Made by a program: the position numbers and the translations under genes
Shown: positions 12,570 through 25,869 of the stretch, piece after piece
How the letters are laid out: every line of letters starts with the position of its first letter
Position numbering within the stretch: the stretch's first letter is position 1
The notes under the pieces: model-generated
What the model saw: only the letters and a program-made list of their open reading frames with translations
Database searches by the model: none
What the model was told of the DNA's origin: nothing
From: the human T2T-CHM13v2.0 reference genome, Homo sapiens
Assembly (NCBI RefSeq): GCF_009914755.1
Contig: NC_060939.1
Length of the DNA: 64,000 nucleotides
Reading direction: 5' to 3' (one strand)

Positions 12570-14250
12570 TCTCACCTGTCTTCAAATTCTAATTATTTAG
12601 TTCAAAATTAAATACCTTCATTTCAAAATATATCCAGAATCAGACCACTTTTCACCAGATCCATGCTTCTACCCTGGCTCAAAACCATAATCATTGTTCA
12701 CTTGGATTACTACATAACTTCCTAAGAGAGCTCAATGTGTCTACCCCATCATCTTATGTCTGTTCTCAACAGAGCAGCCAGAATTATTTTTTAAAAAAGG
12801 AAGTCAGATTATATCACTCTTCTGCATAGAATGTTTTAAGGCCCTTCATTTAAGTTAAATTCAAAGTCCTACAAAACTCCACATGATCTGGCCTATGTTA
12901 CGCTTCTCACCCCTCTTACTCTAATGCTGTCCCCTTGCACATGTCACCATGTGACTGGAGAGCCAATGAAGAGTTGATGTGCAGGGAAGTAATGTGAGCA
13001 ATGCTTTACCCCTGCTTTTTATGACAGAGACAGAACTTAGGACAGTGCCGAGTAGGTGTTCACAAAAGCATTTGTTTAATGAACTGAATACATAAATAAA
13101 CTGATTTTTCTCCAGTAATACAGTAAGAAATTATAGGTATATTTCACCTATTATAAACAAGATTGAATGAAGTGCCCTATTCTGTGGTAGACTCTCAGTG
13201 CTTGCCTGAAGCCTCTTGCACTTACTCTGGGTCATGTGGCAGGATCCCAGATGAAGAGATATGGGAAAAGTAAATGAAGGCCACTTCTAGTCCCAACCCA
13301 TAAAAACATCTTGTCACCTGCAGTGCAATAACCTGGAAGGATACATATTGCAGATGGCATAGCTACCAGGTGGTGAAGGGCTGCCTAGTCAGCCTCGGAC
13401 TTTGGGTGTTTAAGAAATAACCTTTTATTGCATTAACTCACGGATATTTGGATATTTATTTGTTACCATAGCACAATCTGGCTTATTTTGACTAATAGAA
13501 CTTCAGTTACTTTTCCAACCTGCCACCCCACTATATATTTAAAATATATCCATGTTTACGTGACTATCCTATTTATAACTCTGGACCAGCTCCCCATTTA
13601 CTCAGAGGATGAAGTCCAGACTCTCCCATTATCCACAGTGCCTCTAAGGTCTAAGCCTTGATTATCACTCCTGACTTCAACATCATCTCCACATTGCATT
13701 CCATGATTCAGTACATTAAACTCCATGGTGACTTTGCCTGCCTTATATTTACCTGCCTGGAGCGGGCATCCCTTCTCCAAACTTCCCTCCAAACAGCTAA
13801 CCGCAGCTCAGCTAACTTTTTCTTCAGAAAGCCTTTATACCTCTTCTAGCTGGATTTGGTGTTTCGGTTCTCTATTCTCATAATACCCTGACATGTCACC
13901 ACCACTGCACTTATCACGGTGAATTTATCAGGTGCATCATGTGATATCAGTTAGACCTGTCTTCCCGGCTAAACCGTGAGTTTCATCTTTGTATTCCCAG
14001 TGCCTGGTGGTATACCTGACTCTGAGTAGGGTTGATAAACGAAGTAATTATCTAATAAAAATAACATTTAAAAAAAAAGGCAGTGCCTTAGTTACTTATT
14101 TGTAGTATCCTTCAGTGACTCTACATTAAAACCTATGGTAAGGAACATAATCTCTGATATTAAAACCCCTGAGTTCAAATTACAGCTCTACTTTTCAGCA
14201 TTGTGGACTTTGTTAAGCTATTTAGCCTCTTCATGTCTGGTTTCTTCATC
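12570..14250 (+). mobile_element. Cluster of L2, MLT1-like and MIR remnants
   Basis: L2 tails at ~13050-13090 and ~14000-14045, MaLR-like end ~13400-13500, MIR core ~14130-14250. Approximate. Confidence 0.55.
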
Positions 14251-16879
14251 ATATTCATGCTACTTCTGTTTTCTTTGAATCTTCTCCAGATAATATGATG
14301 CCTTGCCTGAAACAAGAAATTAAGAATTCCAGCACTATTAGACACAGTACAGTCTGATTATTTAAATGTGGAATCATACTTTCTCCCTCCAGAGGGATTT
14401 TGAAGAACCATATAAAAATAAAATGCTTAGAATAAGAAAGGAAAATCGATTTGATAGAAAAGTAGAGACAGCTGCAGTTAGAACAAGATAGAAGTGTGGT
14501 CTCCGGAGGCTGGCTCTGCACTCGGTAGGTGGTATTTTCCTTGGCTGAATTGCCAGGCTCCGCATCTGCACTTCAGTTTAGCTTAGGAACTCCAATGTGT
14601 CAGTGTAGACAGAGGTCACTGGACTCACAGAGAGGTACACAAAAGATCAATCTATAAACTGGATAGATATCTATCCAGCAGATAGCTAATCAGCCCTATT
14701 ATATGCCAGGCACTGGTGTAGGCTCTTAGGACATATCAGAGAACAAACGATAGTTTCTTTAAAATAAAAAATAAAATTTCAAACAGATTGAAAGTGTTTT
14801 AGTTTATACTCTCCCAGGTGAACATCTATGTGAAAATAAAACCTGTAATCCGAAGGTTATTTTAGGAACCTGGAACAAGAGCAGGATGAATTAGCTGGAT
14901 AATATTAATAGTGATTATTGCTAGCATGAACACATCCATTTTAATAAAATCTACATAAAGAGACCCCCTAATTGTGGAATGAGGAGGATAGATAAGACTT
15001 TCTTTTTAAATGTGTTTTAAAAGATTTATGCTGAGCTAATGTCAGCATTAACTCAGTTCCGTGGAAACCACTCAGCGAAAGAACTTTTCTGTTGAACAAT
15101 GAAAACCTTTATTAACTGATTTTACAGTCTCCCTCCACACCTACCCTGAGATCAAAACTTGTTTACACAGAGATCATCCACAAGAAGATGTCAAAAAACA
15201 ATAAAACCTTTCTGCCTAAGATTCTGCTATTTTAAATTTATATATTTTGGTAAATTTTAAGTTGTTTATTGAATGACTACCTAAGAAAATTGTATTAAGA
15301 TATGCCTTAACTAAAACACATGTACACTTTTAGTTCTGAAGCACACTTAGGGACTTTTTAAAATCTTATTTTGAATCTGATTAGAAGGTTTGTAACTAAA
15401 AACAGGAACAAACGAAAGTTCTTGACATTCATGTGATGATTTCTTTTGAAAATCATTTCTCCAAATGACTGTGTTTTGCTATAAGGCAGCATGAGTGATA
15501 CAGATAGATGAATGCAGAGGAAAATGTGCTACCTACAAGTGGGAGTTGTATGTAAAATCAGTAGAAACATATTTCTCTCTTTATTGACTTTTGGATACAT
15601 ACACACACACATGCACATATATGCTTAGTCTCTTTGTTTCCCTCCCAAGTCAAATTCTCTCACTTCTTATCTCAAAGGAAATCTCTGTTATGAATTTCTT
15701 ATTAGCTTTGATGAACATAGTTTCATCTTTGTGTACATTTATTACATATATCTATTATTTGTGATACAGTCTTTATCTCTATCAACCTGTGATATAATAC
15801 ATTTTAGAAATAGGTAATACAGTATTATTGTTGTATATACTAATTCTAGAACCAGATTGTCTAAATGTAATGATTCTTCTATAATTTTTAAAGCTCAATA
15901 TTAATTTTTGAGAGCTATCTATGCTGATTCATGTATGTACAGTTTGTTGATTTTTACAACTGCCTACAGCATGTACAGCAATTTACACATCAATTCCGAT
16001 TTTTCACAATTACAAATAAGGCTGCAATGAATATCTTTGTAGTAGGTGTGTAAAAAATTCGGTATGGTCTCTTAAAGGAGAAGGGAATATCCTCCTTTCC
16101 TCTACTTTTTCCCTTCCGCTAGACAGAATGTGGACCTGATTTTGAGCCATCTTGTACCATGTGGACAGAAGCACCCTTTACTTTTCACATGCATTAAAAT
16201 ACCTTTTGTCTGATACCCATGGTAACATTGAGTTTAGTGAAAACAGAAACTCTATTTATCTTAATATTGAATTTGTAGCATATAACACTGTGCAGAGATC
16301 AATTAATGCTTACTAAATGAAAATTCTATCAAAAAACATCTCTTTGTATTAGACGGAATGTGATATGTATACCACAATTTTGGCCACGTTATCCTCTGAA
16401 AATTCTTTGAGAGAGAAAATATCACCGTAGAATAGTCTAAAGGGGCAACTTACCTGAATTTAAATGTGGAAAATTTCAGAACGTCCATGCTTGTTTTGTG
16501 GATGTATCTTTCTCAGTTATTTTAACCCAAAAAGTTGATTTAGCAATTTGTCTTTTTCCCTTTCTTTTGGTTTTGCTCTAGCCAATTTCTAAATAATTCA
16601 GCAATGAAAGAAAAGTTAAAATGTGCCCTGAAATGTACATGTAGAAAAATATCCAATTCTGTAACTCTTAATTTGAAACATGATTTAAATAGTAATCATT
16701 ACAAAACTGGCTATAATATGTCCCTGACTTTTCTTAGATATTTTTCCAGCAATGTACTTTCTTATGTAATCATTGGCATTAGTTAGGGAATGATGTTTAT
16801 TCTGAAAGATAGGTGTTTTTTACCACCTTATGTGCTCCTTGTCTTAGTTCTAAATCTGAGTAAATATAAGCATAACTTA

Positions 16880-17010
16880 GAGTTAATATGTTTATAATTT
16901 GATATATACAAATATATCAAATTATAATTTATAAAATATTTATATTTTATAAATATATAAAATATCATTTGATATTATATAAAATGTATAGAATAAATGT
17001 TATGAAAAGA
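16880..17010. repeat. AT-rich low-complexity tract containing two palindromes
   Basis: Direct reading; see findings. Confidence 0.85.
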
Positions 17011-17824
17011 AAATTTCTTTTTAAATGCCAGCTTCATGACTAGTATATAAAATTTTACTTGTAACAAGAAATTGTTCAAAATGAGTAGTATATTGCCATG
17101 TCTTATGTATTTTAAAGAAGAAAAATATATGAAAATTCAGAGCCTGAAAAATGACTAGCCAGTTATGCTTCTATCACTATATGCTTTAATTTTCATAACA
17201 AGGTAAATAAAGTAAAAAATGAAACCATAATAAATTCTGAAAATATCAATAACATACATAGTATGTTGTATTAGTAAAACTAGTGAAATTTTGATTCTAA
17301 AACTGAATTATGACAATACATGAAAAAAATTATAACCTCACGTTGTTAATAAACATTGATGAGAAAAGTCTAAGTAAAATATTAAATATTAAAGAACATG
17401 ACTTGGTCAAGTAATTTCATCTCATGAATGCAAAAATGGTTCAACAATACCAAAAAAAGATCAATTATAAATTTAATGGTGATATGGGACATTGGAACCT
17501 TCATGCACTTTCAGTTGGCAAGTAAGCCGGGAGCCAGTAATCTAACTCTGGGTACATATTTTCACAAAGTTCACCAAGGGCATGTTTACTAGGATATTCA
17601 ATATAGCATTGTTTGTGAGACTGAGGAGATGGAGGCAACCCAGGTATCTTTCACAGAAAAATAGATCCATAAAATGTAGTGGGTACATATCATGGAATAT
17701 TGTGGGGCACTTAGGAAAATGGGTTAGATGTCTACATAGTAACATGGATAAAAAGTAAAAACAGTGATAAGTGGAAAACAAGGGAAGAAACATAATGTTG
17801 TATATTAGCACAATAATATTTTCC

Positions 17825-18120
17825 TTTTTTTTTTTTGAGACGGAGTCTCACTGTGTCGCCCAGGCTGGAGTGAGTGCAGTGGCACGAACTGGGCTCACTG
17901 CAAGCTCCGCCTCCTGGCTTCACGCCAGTCTCCTGTCTCAGCCTCCCAAGTAACTGGGACTACAGGCGCCCGACACCACTCCCGGCTAATTTTTGTATTT
18001 TTAGTACTGACGGGGTTTCACCGTGTTAGCCAGGATGGTCTTGATCTCCTGACCTCGTGATTCGCCTGCCTCGGCCTCCCAAAGTGCTGGGATTACAGGC
18101 GTGAGACCCTACGCCTGGCC
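17825..18120 (-). mobile_element. AluY (antisense) inside an old L1M fragment
   Basis: cactgcaagctccgcctcc, ttagccaggatggtcttgatctcctgacctcgtga; small gagt duplication. Confidence 0.93.
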
Positions 18121-20084
18121 TATTTTTCTAAAATTTAGATAAATACACAAAACAATAATAAACATTTTACAAGACTGAAAAAAATAGGCAAACACCAAAC
18201 TCAGTATGTGGTCTTACGTAAGTCAAAAGGACATGAAATTGTAGAATGGTAATTAGAAAGAAATAGAAAGATAAGGATGACGGATGGAATGAATCGGCAG
18301 GCAGACAGGAAACTTGCATGATCTAAATTCTTAAACAAGGTTCTAACCTCTCCTCCAACTCAAAGAAAAAAAGAGTAAGTCTAAAGGTCTGCAGTAAAAT
18401 ATGCTATATTTGTGGTATCTCTGGAGTCAATTACCTAAACTTTGTATAACTTTTCAATTGATATGAATTTAGCATCTAACAAGTATAAAACTCAGATTTA
18501 ATGTTGACTCTTTCTGCCCCACGTGGCCATACACGAAATTGAAATGGCGACCTCTGAAATTGTGTCGTGTTATAGCCATAAAACTGCTGTAGTGGAGTCA
18601 AGAGGTATAATCAATATTGTGTCATGTGATTTTTATTTTAATGTGTTCCTTCTTCAGAAACTTTCATTCTTTAAAGATGGTTTTCCTTCACAAATGGTGA
18701 TAGGAAAAAATGAATTCATCTACAATGTGCTTCTTTATATTATAATACTATCAAGTAAGTTGTTTGGAACATATAATATTTCACTGAAGACTATAGTTTG
18801 AGTTATTTCACTTAAAATTTTTCTATTTTTCACATTGTGACTTTGTATAATAGTTACCCAGGAAATTGATGAGTCTTGAATCTGTTAGTTTTAAAATATA
18901 GTTGTTGATTGGGATGGGACATTTTAGTAAGTCAAATTACTCCAAGCTCCTGAAAAGTCCAGTAAACATAATAAATTGGAAACATAATTTTTTTTTACAA
19001 TTGTTTGACTCTAGTATTTCCCAAATTTCCTGCTGCTAAAGGGTTCTTGGCTACTTCAGAAAATACAGGATATCCAGTAAAGTGCGCAGGAATCTGTATT
19101 TTTTAACAAGTTAGTAGAATGATACGTGACATTAAGCAACTATTCCATTAAATAGAACTTTGTCACTATGGATTCTGATATTCTATTTACTTTTTAGTTT
19201 TTCTTTTTGGTAAGTATCTAGAGAAAAACTTGCACTGAAAATTAAACTGTGAAAAGAACTACAGTATGTAAAAAATCTGTTTAAGAACTGTTTTTGCCTA
19301 ATAGTCTGTATTATTTCCCAAGGCTTGCGCTCCTCTTCCCCAGCTTCCCAGAAGTTACACAGTTCTTTATATAATTCCTTTTAAAGAGAAGAAAATGGTA
19401 GATGTTACTTGTATTACTGAATCCTTGGTAAAACAATACAGCAATTAAGATCAACACGGAGGCAGTATGGTGGAGTATATTATAAAACCCTCCAGTGTAG
19501 GAATTTTATCTCTCTTGCTCACCAATGCATTTTTTATATCCAACCTAACGCTTCACATATACTAGGCATTCCATAAATAGTGGATATAATAGTTGCCATT
19601 TTTATTTATAATACATGTGAATCAAAACCATAAGATTTTAATTTTAATTTTAGTTTTACAACTCAACTAATTATAACAAATTAACAAATCACTCAGTAGC
19701 CACTGTTTTCTCATCTCTAAAATAATGCAGTATCTTTTGTCTCTACTTCAGAGGTAGTAGAACTCTGATTCTAAAATCAGGAGGTGTTTACACTTAGGGA
19801 AGCATCTAGTGAATTAGAAAGTAGTGTAGAAACATAAGTAATTAAAAGAGAGAAATATACAGAGATAGAATTAAAGTTAAAATATCATTTACTCAGTGAT
19901 TTCATTGAAATCTTGGGGTGAAAGTTAAATATGAAATTTTAAAGCAAGAGGTCAGGAACTCTAATCCATCTAAAATTCTCTCTATATGGTTAAGTTTAAT
20001 GCATTTTTAATTGCTATTTTCAGCCTTCCAGGAAATACTGATGTAGTTATTCTCATAGTTTTGATTTTGTTTATATATTGTGAT

Positions 20085-20198
20085 TATACAAATATATAAC
20101 ACATATATACATTTATATAATTATATTTATATAATTAATATATATTTTATATAAATATAATTATATAAATGTATATATATAGAGAGAGAGAGAGAGTG
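20085..20198. repeat. (TA)n-rich tract followed by (GA)n
   Basis: Direct reading. Confidence 0.85.
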
Positions 20199-21879
20199 AG
20201 TCAGGTTATCCTCTCTGAAGAATATTATTGGTCATAATTGTTTAATTCATCACCAGCAACAAAATCATGTGAATAAAATGGTGTTGCATTAATGAAATGG
20301 TATTTAATGTGCTGATTAGACATAGTCTCTTTTATTAAAAGTCTCATATTTTGTAGCATGTTTCTTCTAAAGTTCCTGATTCGTCAGAACAGTGTCAAAC
20401 AGAAGGCATAAAGCAAAAATACAGCAATTAATTATGCTAAATTCTAGAATATATATGTATTTTTGCTATCACTCATAAGTGGTGTCTATATATAATCTCT
20501 GATAGATGGCTAGCAAAGACAGACTAGATTGTAATAATCCAGTAATCCAATTTCCCCTTGCTCTCTCCAGAACAAGTTAATGGATAATGGAATCTCACCA
20601 GGAAATGAATTGGTCCCTTTCTTTATTTCCATGATGCGTTTTATTTTCCTTAAATATGCTATATGGCTCTCTATAGAGGTGTTCAATTTTGTTACCATTC
20701 CTTAAAATATCTTATTGAAAATGCAGTTTATGTATCCTGTTTTATTGATTTTTACAATTTTATCTATTGAAAAATTCTATCTTTGAGACGTTCTTCTTTG
20801 GCAATGGTGAAAATGGCCAAGAGGAAGCATTCAAAATTATGCAGGAAGATTAGTTTTGAGCTTTCTGTCTCATACAGGAAAAAGGATTTAAATGTAATTC
20901 ATTTATTCACATATATACAATAAATAAAATTTGTTGACTTCTTGTTGTGTACCAAACACTAAGAATAAGAGAAATTTCAGTGAACAAGACAAACACAGTC
21001 AGTATCCTCATGGGACTCTAGCCAGAGAGGTAGACATTAAAAAAATTATTAGACCAATAACTGAAATAGTGTCAGATGCCAGGCAGGCAGGGAAAATATA
21101 ATGCAGTATTAAAAGAAAAACCCATCCTAATCTGGGATGTAGGGAAGAGTAGAATTTAAAATAATATGGTTTCTGTTAGAAATACATCCAGAGAGACTCT
21201 GCTGGAGGTGGTAATTCTGGAGATGTGTCCCTACAAAGACCAGGGAAATGTCACAATCAATCAATCAATCAATAAAACAAAACAAAACATTATCTTACTT
21301 TCATTTAAAATCCCAGTGTAGTAGTACCTAGAATTCTATAGACAGTTGTATTTTTCATCGCAGCGAAGAGGTACGGTAGAATCACTTTAGTTGGGCTTCT
21401 GCTAAAACTATCTTAGCTCTTTCATCTGTACTGTGCCTAAACCAATGGTCAATCATCTGGCCTCATTTACTTAACCTATCAGAAACATTTGTTATTGGCC
21501 ACTCCATCCTTCCTAAAATACTTTATTTTCTAAATGTCTAATTGCTATTCTTACCAGCTTTCCTCTGACCTCACTGACTGCTCCCTTTTGAATTATTTGC
21601 CAAATGCCATCCTCTACCAGGCCTGTAAATGTTAGAACTCCTGGGGTTCTGTCCTTGGCTTTTACTCTAGCTACACCGCTTCACACACAAAACAGTCCCA
21701 TAAAAACTTGGAGGACGCCAACCAATTGAAAAACAGAGTTGTCTCCAGGCCAGGATGAAGGAGGCAGACCCTTTTGCTTTGATTCTGGAAACAGCTCTTA
21801 CAATTCCTAGGGAAGAATTGGTTGTCCTGCCTGCTTCATGTCAGCAAATAACCTTGTTTTGTTTTGGCAAGGAGTGGAT

Positions 21880-22095
21880 GTCTTAGGAAGAGATGCAGCT
21901 TTGAAATCAAACTCACCTGGATTCAAATAGAGGCTCCCATCAATTAGGAAGCTATTGAGTCTTGGACAAGTTACTTCGTTCTTCTAAGCCTCAATGTTTT
22001 CATTTAGAAAAAAAAAAGGATAACAATAATTGCTCATAGAATTGCTGTGAGGATTAAATGAAAGAATGTTTGTGAATCATCTTACTCATAGGTAT
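21880..22095 (+). mobile_element. MIR
   Basis: cttggacaagttacttcgttcttctaagcctcaatgtt...attgctgtgaggattaaatga core. Confidence 0.75.
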
Positions 22096-22648
22096 TCAGG
22101 AGATGGTCCTTTTCTTTATTCCATCAATACTTGCCTTGTTTTTGTGCTAAATTCACTGACCAGACAGGAGTTTGTGCTATAACACCATGCACTGAAACAC
22201 AAACAGTTTTTGATTCGGTGCTGCTTCTACTGATTCTGTTAGCCTTATAAAAATGGAGGAGATTATAACACACAAAATACATAGTTTGCTGGACCTACCA
22301 GGATTACTCTGAAATGCATATACTGTCACTCTCCATCTGCTTGCAAAGCATCTTCCAGGTATTTGGAAGCATTGGAATGTGCTCTCTAATTAAACTTGGC
22401 ACTGACAGCCTATAAAAATTACTGGAAATGTACTTCATTGTGCTTTTCTTCTTTTTGGCCACACAGCTTCTGGAATAGGTTTCCTTCAGTGATAGTAAGA
22501 GGAACAAGGTTGTACAAACCAAAGTAGTACTTCCAACTCAAGGAATATCTCAACTTTACTGTTACTCAAAGAAAACAACTTAAAGATCAGTGCCCCCAAA
22601 TTCTGCATAAAATGTAACTTGGAATTAAATAATATGGGAATAGTTACT

Positions 22649-23067
22649 TGCTATGGTTTGAATGTTTGTCCCCTCTAAAATTCATGTTGAGATATAATCC
22701 CCGATGTGGCAGTATTGACAGATGAGGCCCTTAAGAGGTGATTGGGCCACAAGGGCTCTGCCCACATGAATAAATTATTTCATTTATGAATTATTGTGTT
22801 AGTGGTCGATCATAGGAGTAGAGTTGATGGCTTTATTGGAACAGGAAGAAAGGCCTGAACTATCATGTTCAGCCTCCTTGCCACGTGATGCCCTGTGCCC
22901 CCTCCAGACTCTACAGAGAGTCCCCACCAAGAAGGCCTTCACCAGATGTTGCCCCTCAACCTTGGACTTCTCAGCCTCTGCAATTATAAGAAATAAATGT
23001 GGATTTTCTTTATAAATTTCCCAGTTCCAGTTATTTTGTTACGATCAGCAGAAACAAACTTAAAACT
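22649..23067 (+). mobile_element. MaLR solo LTR (MSTB-like) with 5-bp TSD ttact
   Basis: Starts tgctatggtttgaatgtttgtcccc. TSD copies at 22644-22648 and 23068-23072. Confidence 0.88.
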
Positions 23068-23185
23068 TTACTTATGTAATTATCAAGTATCAAAGACAAG
23101 CAAGAATTAGAATTATTTCTATGATCATGCAGTCTACACATGTCATGTTTCATTTCATTATCTCTGAATTAATCTTGATTTTTAA

Positions 23186-23501
<316 letters not shown>

Positions 23502-24235
23502 TAATTCCAGTTTTATTTATTAAATTTTTTGTTAATATATTTCTCAGGCACATAATTTAAAAGATTTTTTTTTAAAGTATAAAGTAAAAATTTTCCTTCT
23601 CATACTTTCCCCAAGTACTCAGCCTCCCCTCCTGGAAATAAACAATATTATCACCTTTCTGCATATCCTTTCAGAGATACTGCATTCATACCTATGTATA
23701 TATATGCTTTCCAAATATGAACGTGTCATAGATGTATATATAGATATGTTTGTATATATGAAGACACGTACACATACAGATATATGAATCACCTTTTTTA
23801 CACAAATAGTAGCATATTATACATACTCTACTGCTTTGTGCTTCATTTAACAATATGTCTTTGAGATGGTTTCATCTCCAATGCACTAAAATATTCTCAT
23901 TTTTTATGTCTGCGTGGTATTCCACTGAATGGACATTTCACAATGTATTTAGCCTGCCCCTATTGGTGGAAATTCAAGTTGTTTCTAAGGTTATGTTTTC
24001 ACAAATGATGCTAGAAAGACATGATATATATCTTTTTGTAACTCATAAAAGTATGTATCAAATAAAATTCAAAATGTGTATTTGATTGATGGAACAAATG
24101 TCATATAGATTGGGAATTTTAGTAGATACCAACAAATTAACCTCCAAAGGGGTTTTATTAATTTTCAGTCCCTCCAGCAATCTCTAAAAGTGTTTTTTTT
24201 TTCCATACCTTGTCCATATACTGTTCTACCAAAGA

Positions 24236-24612
24236 TGTCTTAGTCCTTCTGGGCTGCTATAACAAAAATACCTTAGACTGGGTAATTAATAAACAACAGA
24301 GATTTATCGCTCACAGTTCTCAAAGCTGGGAAGTTCAAGATCAAGATGCCCATAGATATAGCGTCTGGTGGGATATGCTCTCTGCTTCCAAGGTAGTGAC
24401 TTCTTGCTGAAACCTCACCTAATGGAAGGGGCAAAAGCAGCTTTCAGCCTCTTTCATTAGGGCCCAGGTCTCATTCATAAGAGCAGAGTTTTATTATTTG
24501 ATAATTCCCCAAAAATTCCCAACTATTAATCCTATCACATTGAGTATTAGGAATACTTTAGCAATAAAACATATGAATTTTTGTGGGATACCCAACATTC
24601 AGACCGTAGTCA
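24236..24612 (-). mobile_element. MaLR solo LTR (MSTD/MLT1A-like) within an old antisense L1M
   Basis: tgtcttagtcc...gggctgctataacaaaaataccttagactggg...aacattcagaccgtagtca. Confidence 0.82.
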
Positions 24613-25869
24613 TTGTCTTAATAGTTTTTACAAATTTGATAGATATAAAAAATTATTGCTGAGGAATTTCAATTTACATTTATCTAAATATTGATAAGTT
24701 TAAACATATTTGTATATTAAAAAGGCACTTCAATGTTTAATCAAAGTTTTCTTCATTTTTTATTGATTTATGTATTCTGATCTATAGGACCTTGTTCTAT
24801 TTTAAGGAAATTGCACTTTGTCTTGATAAAGGATTCAAACATAATTTCTTTAGATTTTGTTTAAATTTCTTTAGTTTTTTTTGAAGTTTACAGTGTTAAT
24901 TGTATCAGTTTACAGCTTATAGGTTTTATGTTATGTTGTAAACTACAGTCCCCACTTTGAGATTATTTTTAAAAATCTCATCCGATCTTTCCATCTAGAA
25001 TTTTTAGAGTATTTTTAGGTTAAATGTGTATGACTCACCTGGAATTTATTTTTATATAAATTGTGATGAAAACATTGTCTTAAAGCAGTGTTTTATTATA
25101 AATTTCAAAATAAAAGATAATTATGAAGTATAGAGCAGAATCAAATCAACAAATGTTTTTGCTTTGCATTCTCTCCATCCTAAAAAACAACCTGGAATAT
25201 TTTTAAAATATTCTTATTTTCTTCCATTATCCAACAGGACTTTCTGTACATTGTTTTCATGAAATATTAAATTTGAAAATATTTGTTAAGCTCAGCTTTA
25301 GGAAAAAATAATTTTTTATTCTAATATTATTTGAAATTCTTAAATTTTTAGCATTATACATTTAAACATACTTTTTGTACACTGATAAATATTCTTAAAA
25401 GATAAAGCAGAAATTGAAGAGGTTTCAGCATATGCGTATATTAAAAAATAACTTTAAGCCTCTAAAGTTAGCATAAAATTAGACATATTAGGAGGTATAA
25501 ACGTTTTAGGAGAAAGTAATCTGGGGAGATAATTACTGAGAAATCCAGGGGAAAAATACAAACACATTCCTTCAACCTTTCAGTAAACTGTTCTTTGGTT
25601 TCCATATAAATTTCCCTTGCTCTTGGAGTAGGACTTACAAAACACATTTTTCACATATATATGAGAAAAAACACACACATATATGTGTGTGTGTATTTAT
25701 GTAAACCATTATTTTATGTGTGTGTGTATGTATGTATATACATTAATCTTTATTACTATCAAAAGCCCAAAAGCCAGTGAGACTTGCCTGTACTAATCAT
25801 AGTGCACAAAGATATCTATTAACTCTTTTTATTTAAAAAATATCTAGGAGTTTCTGCATTTACTCAGTA

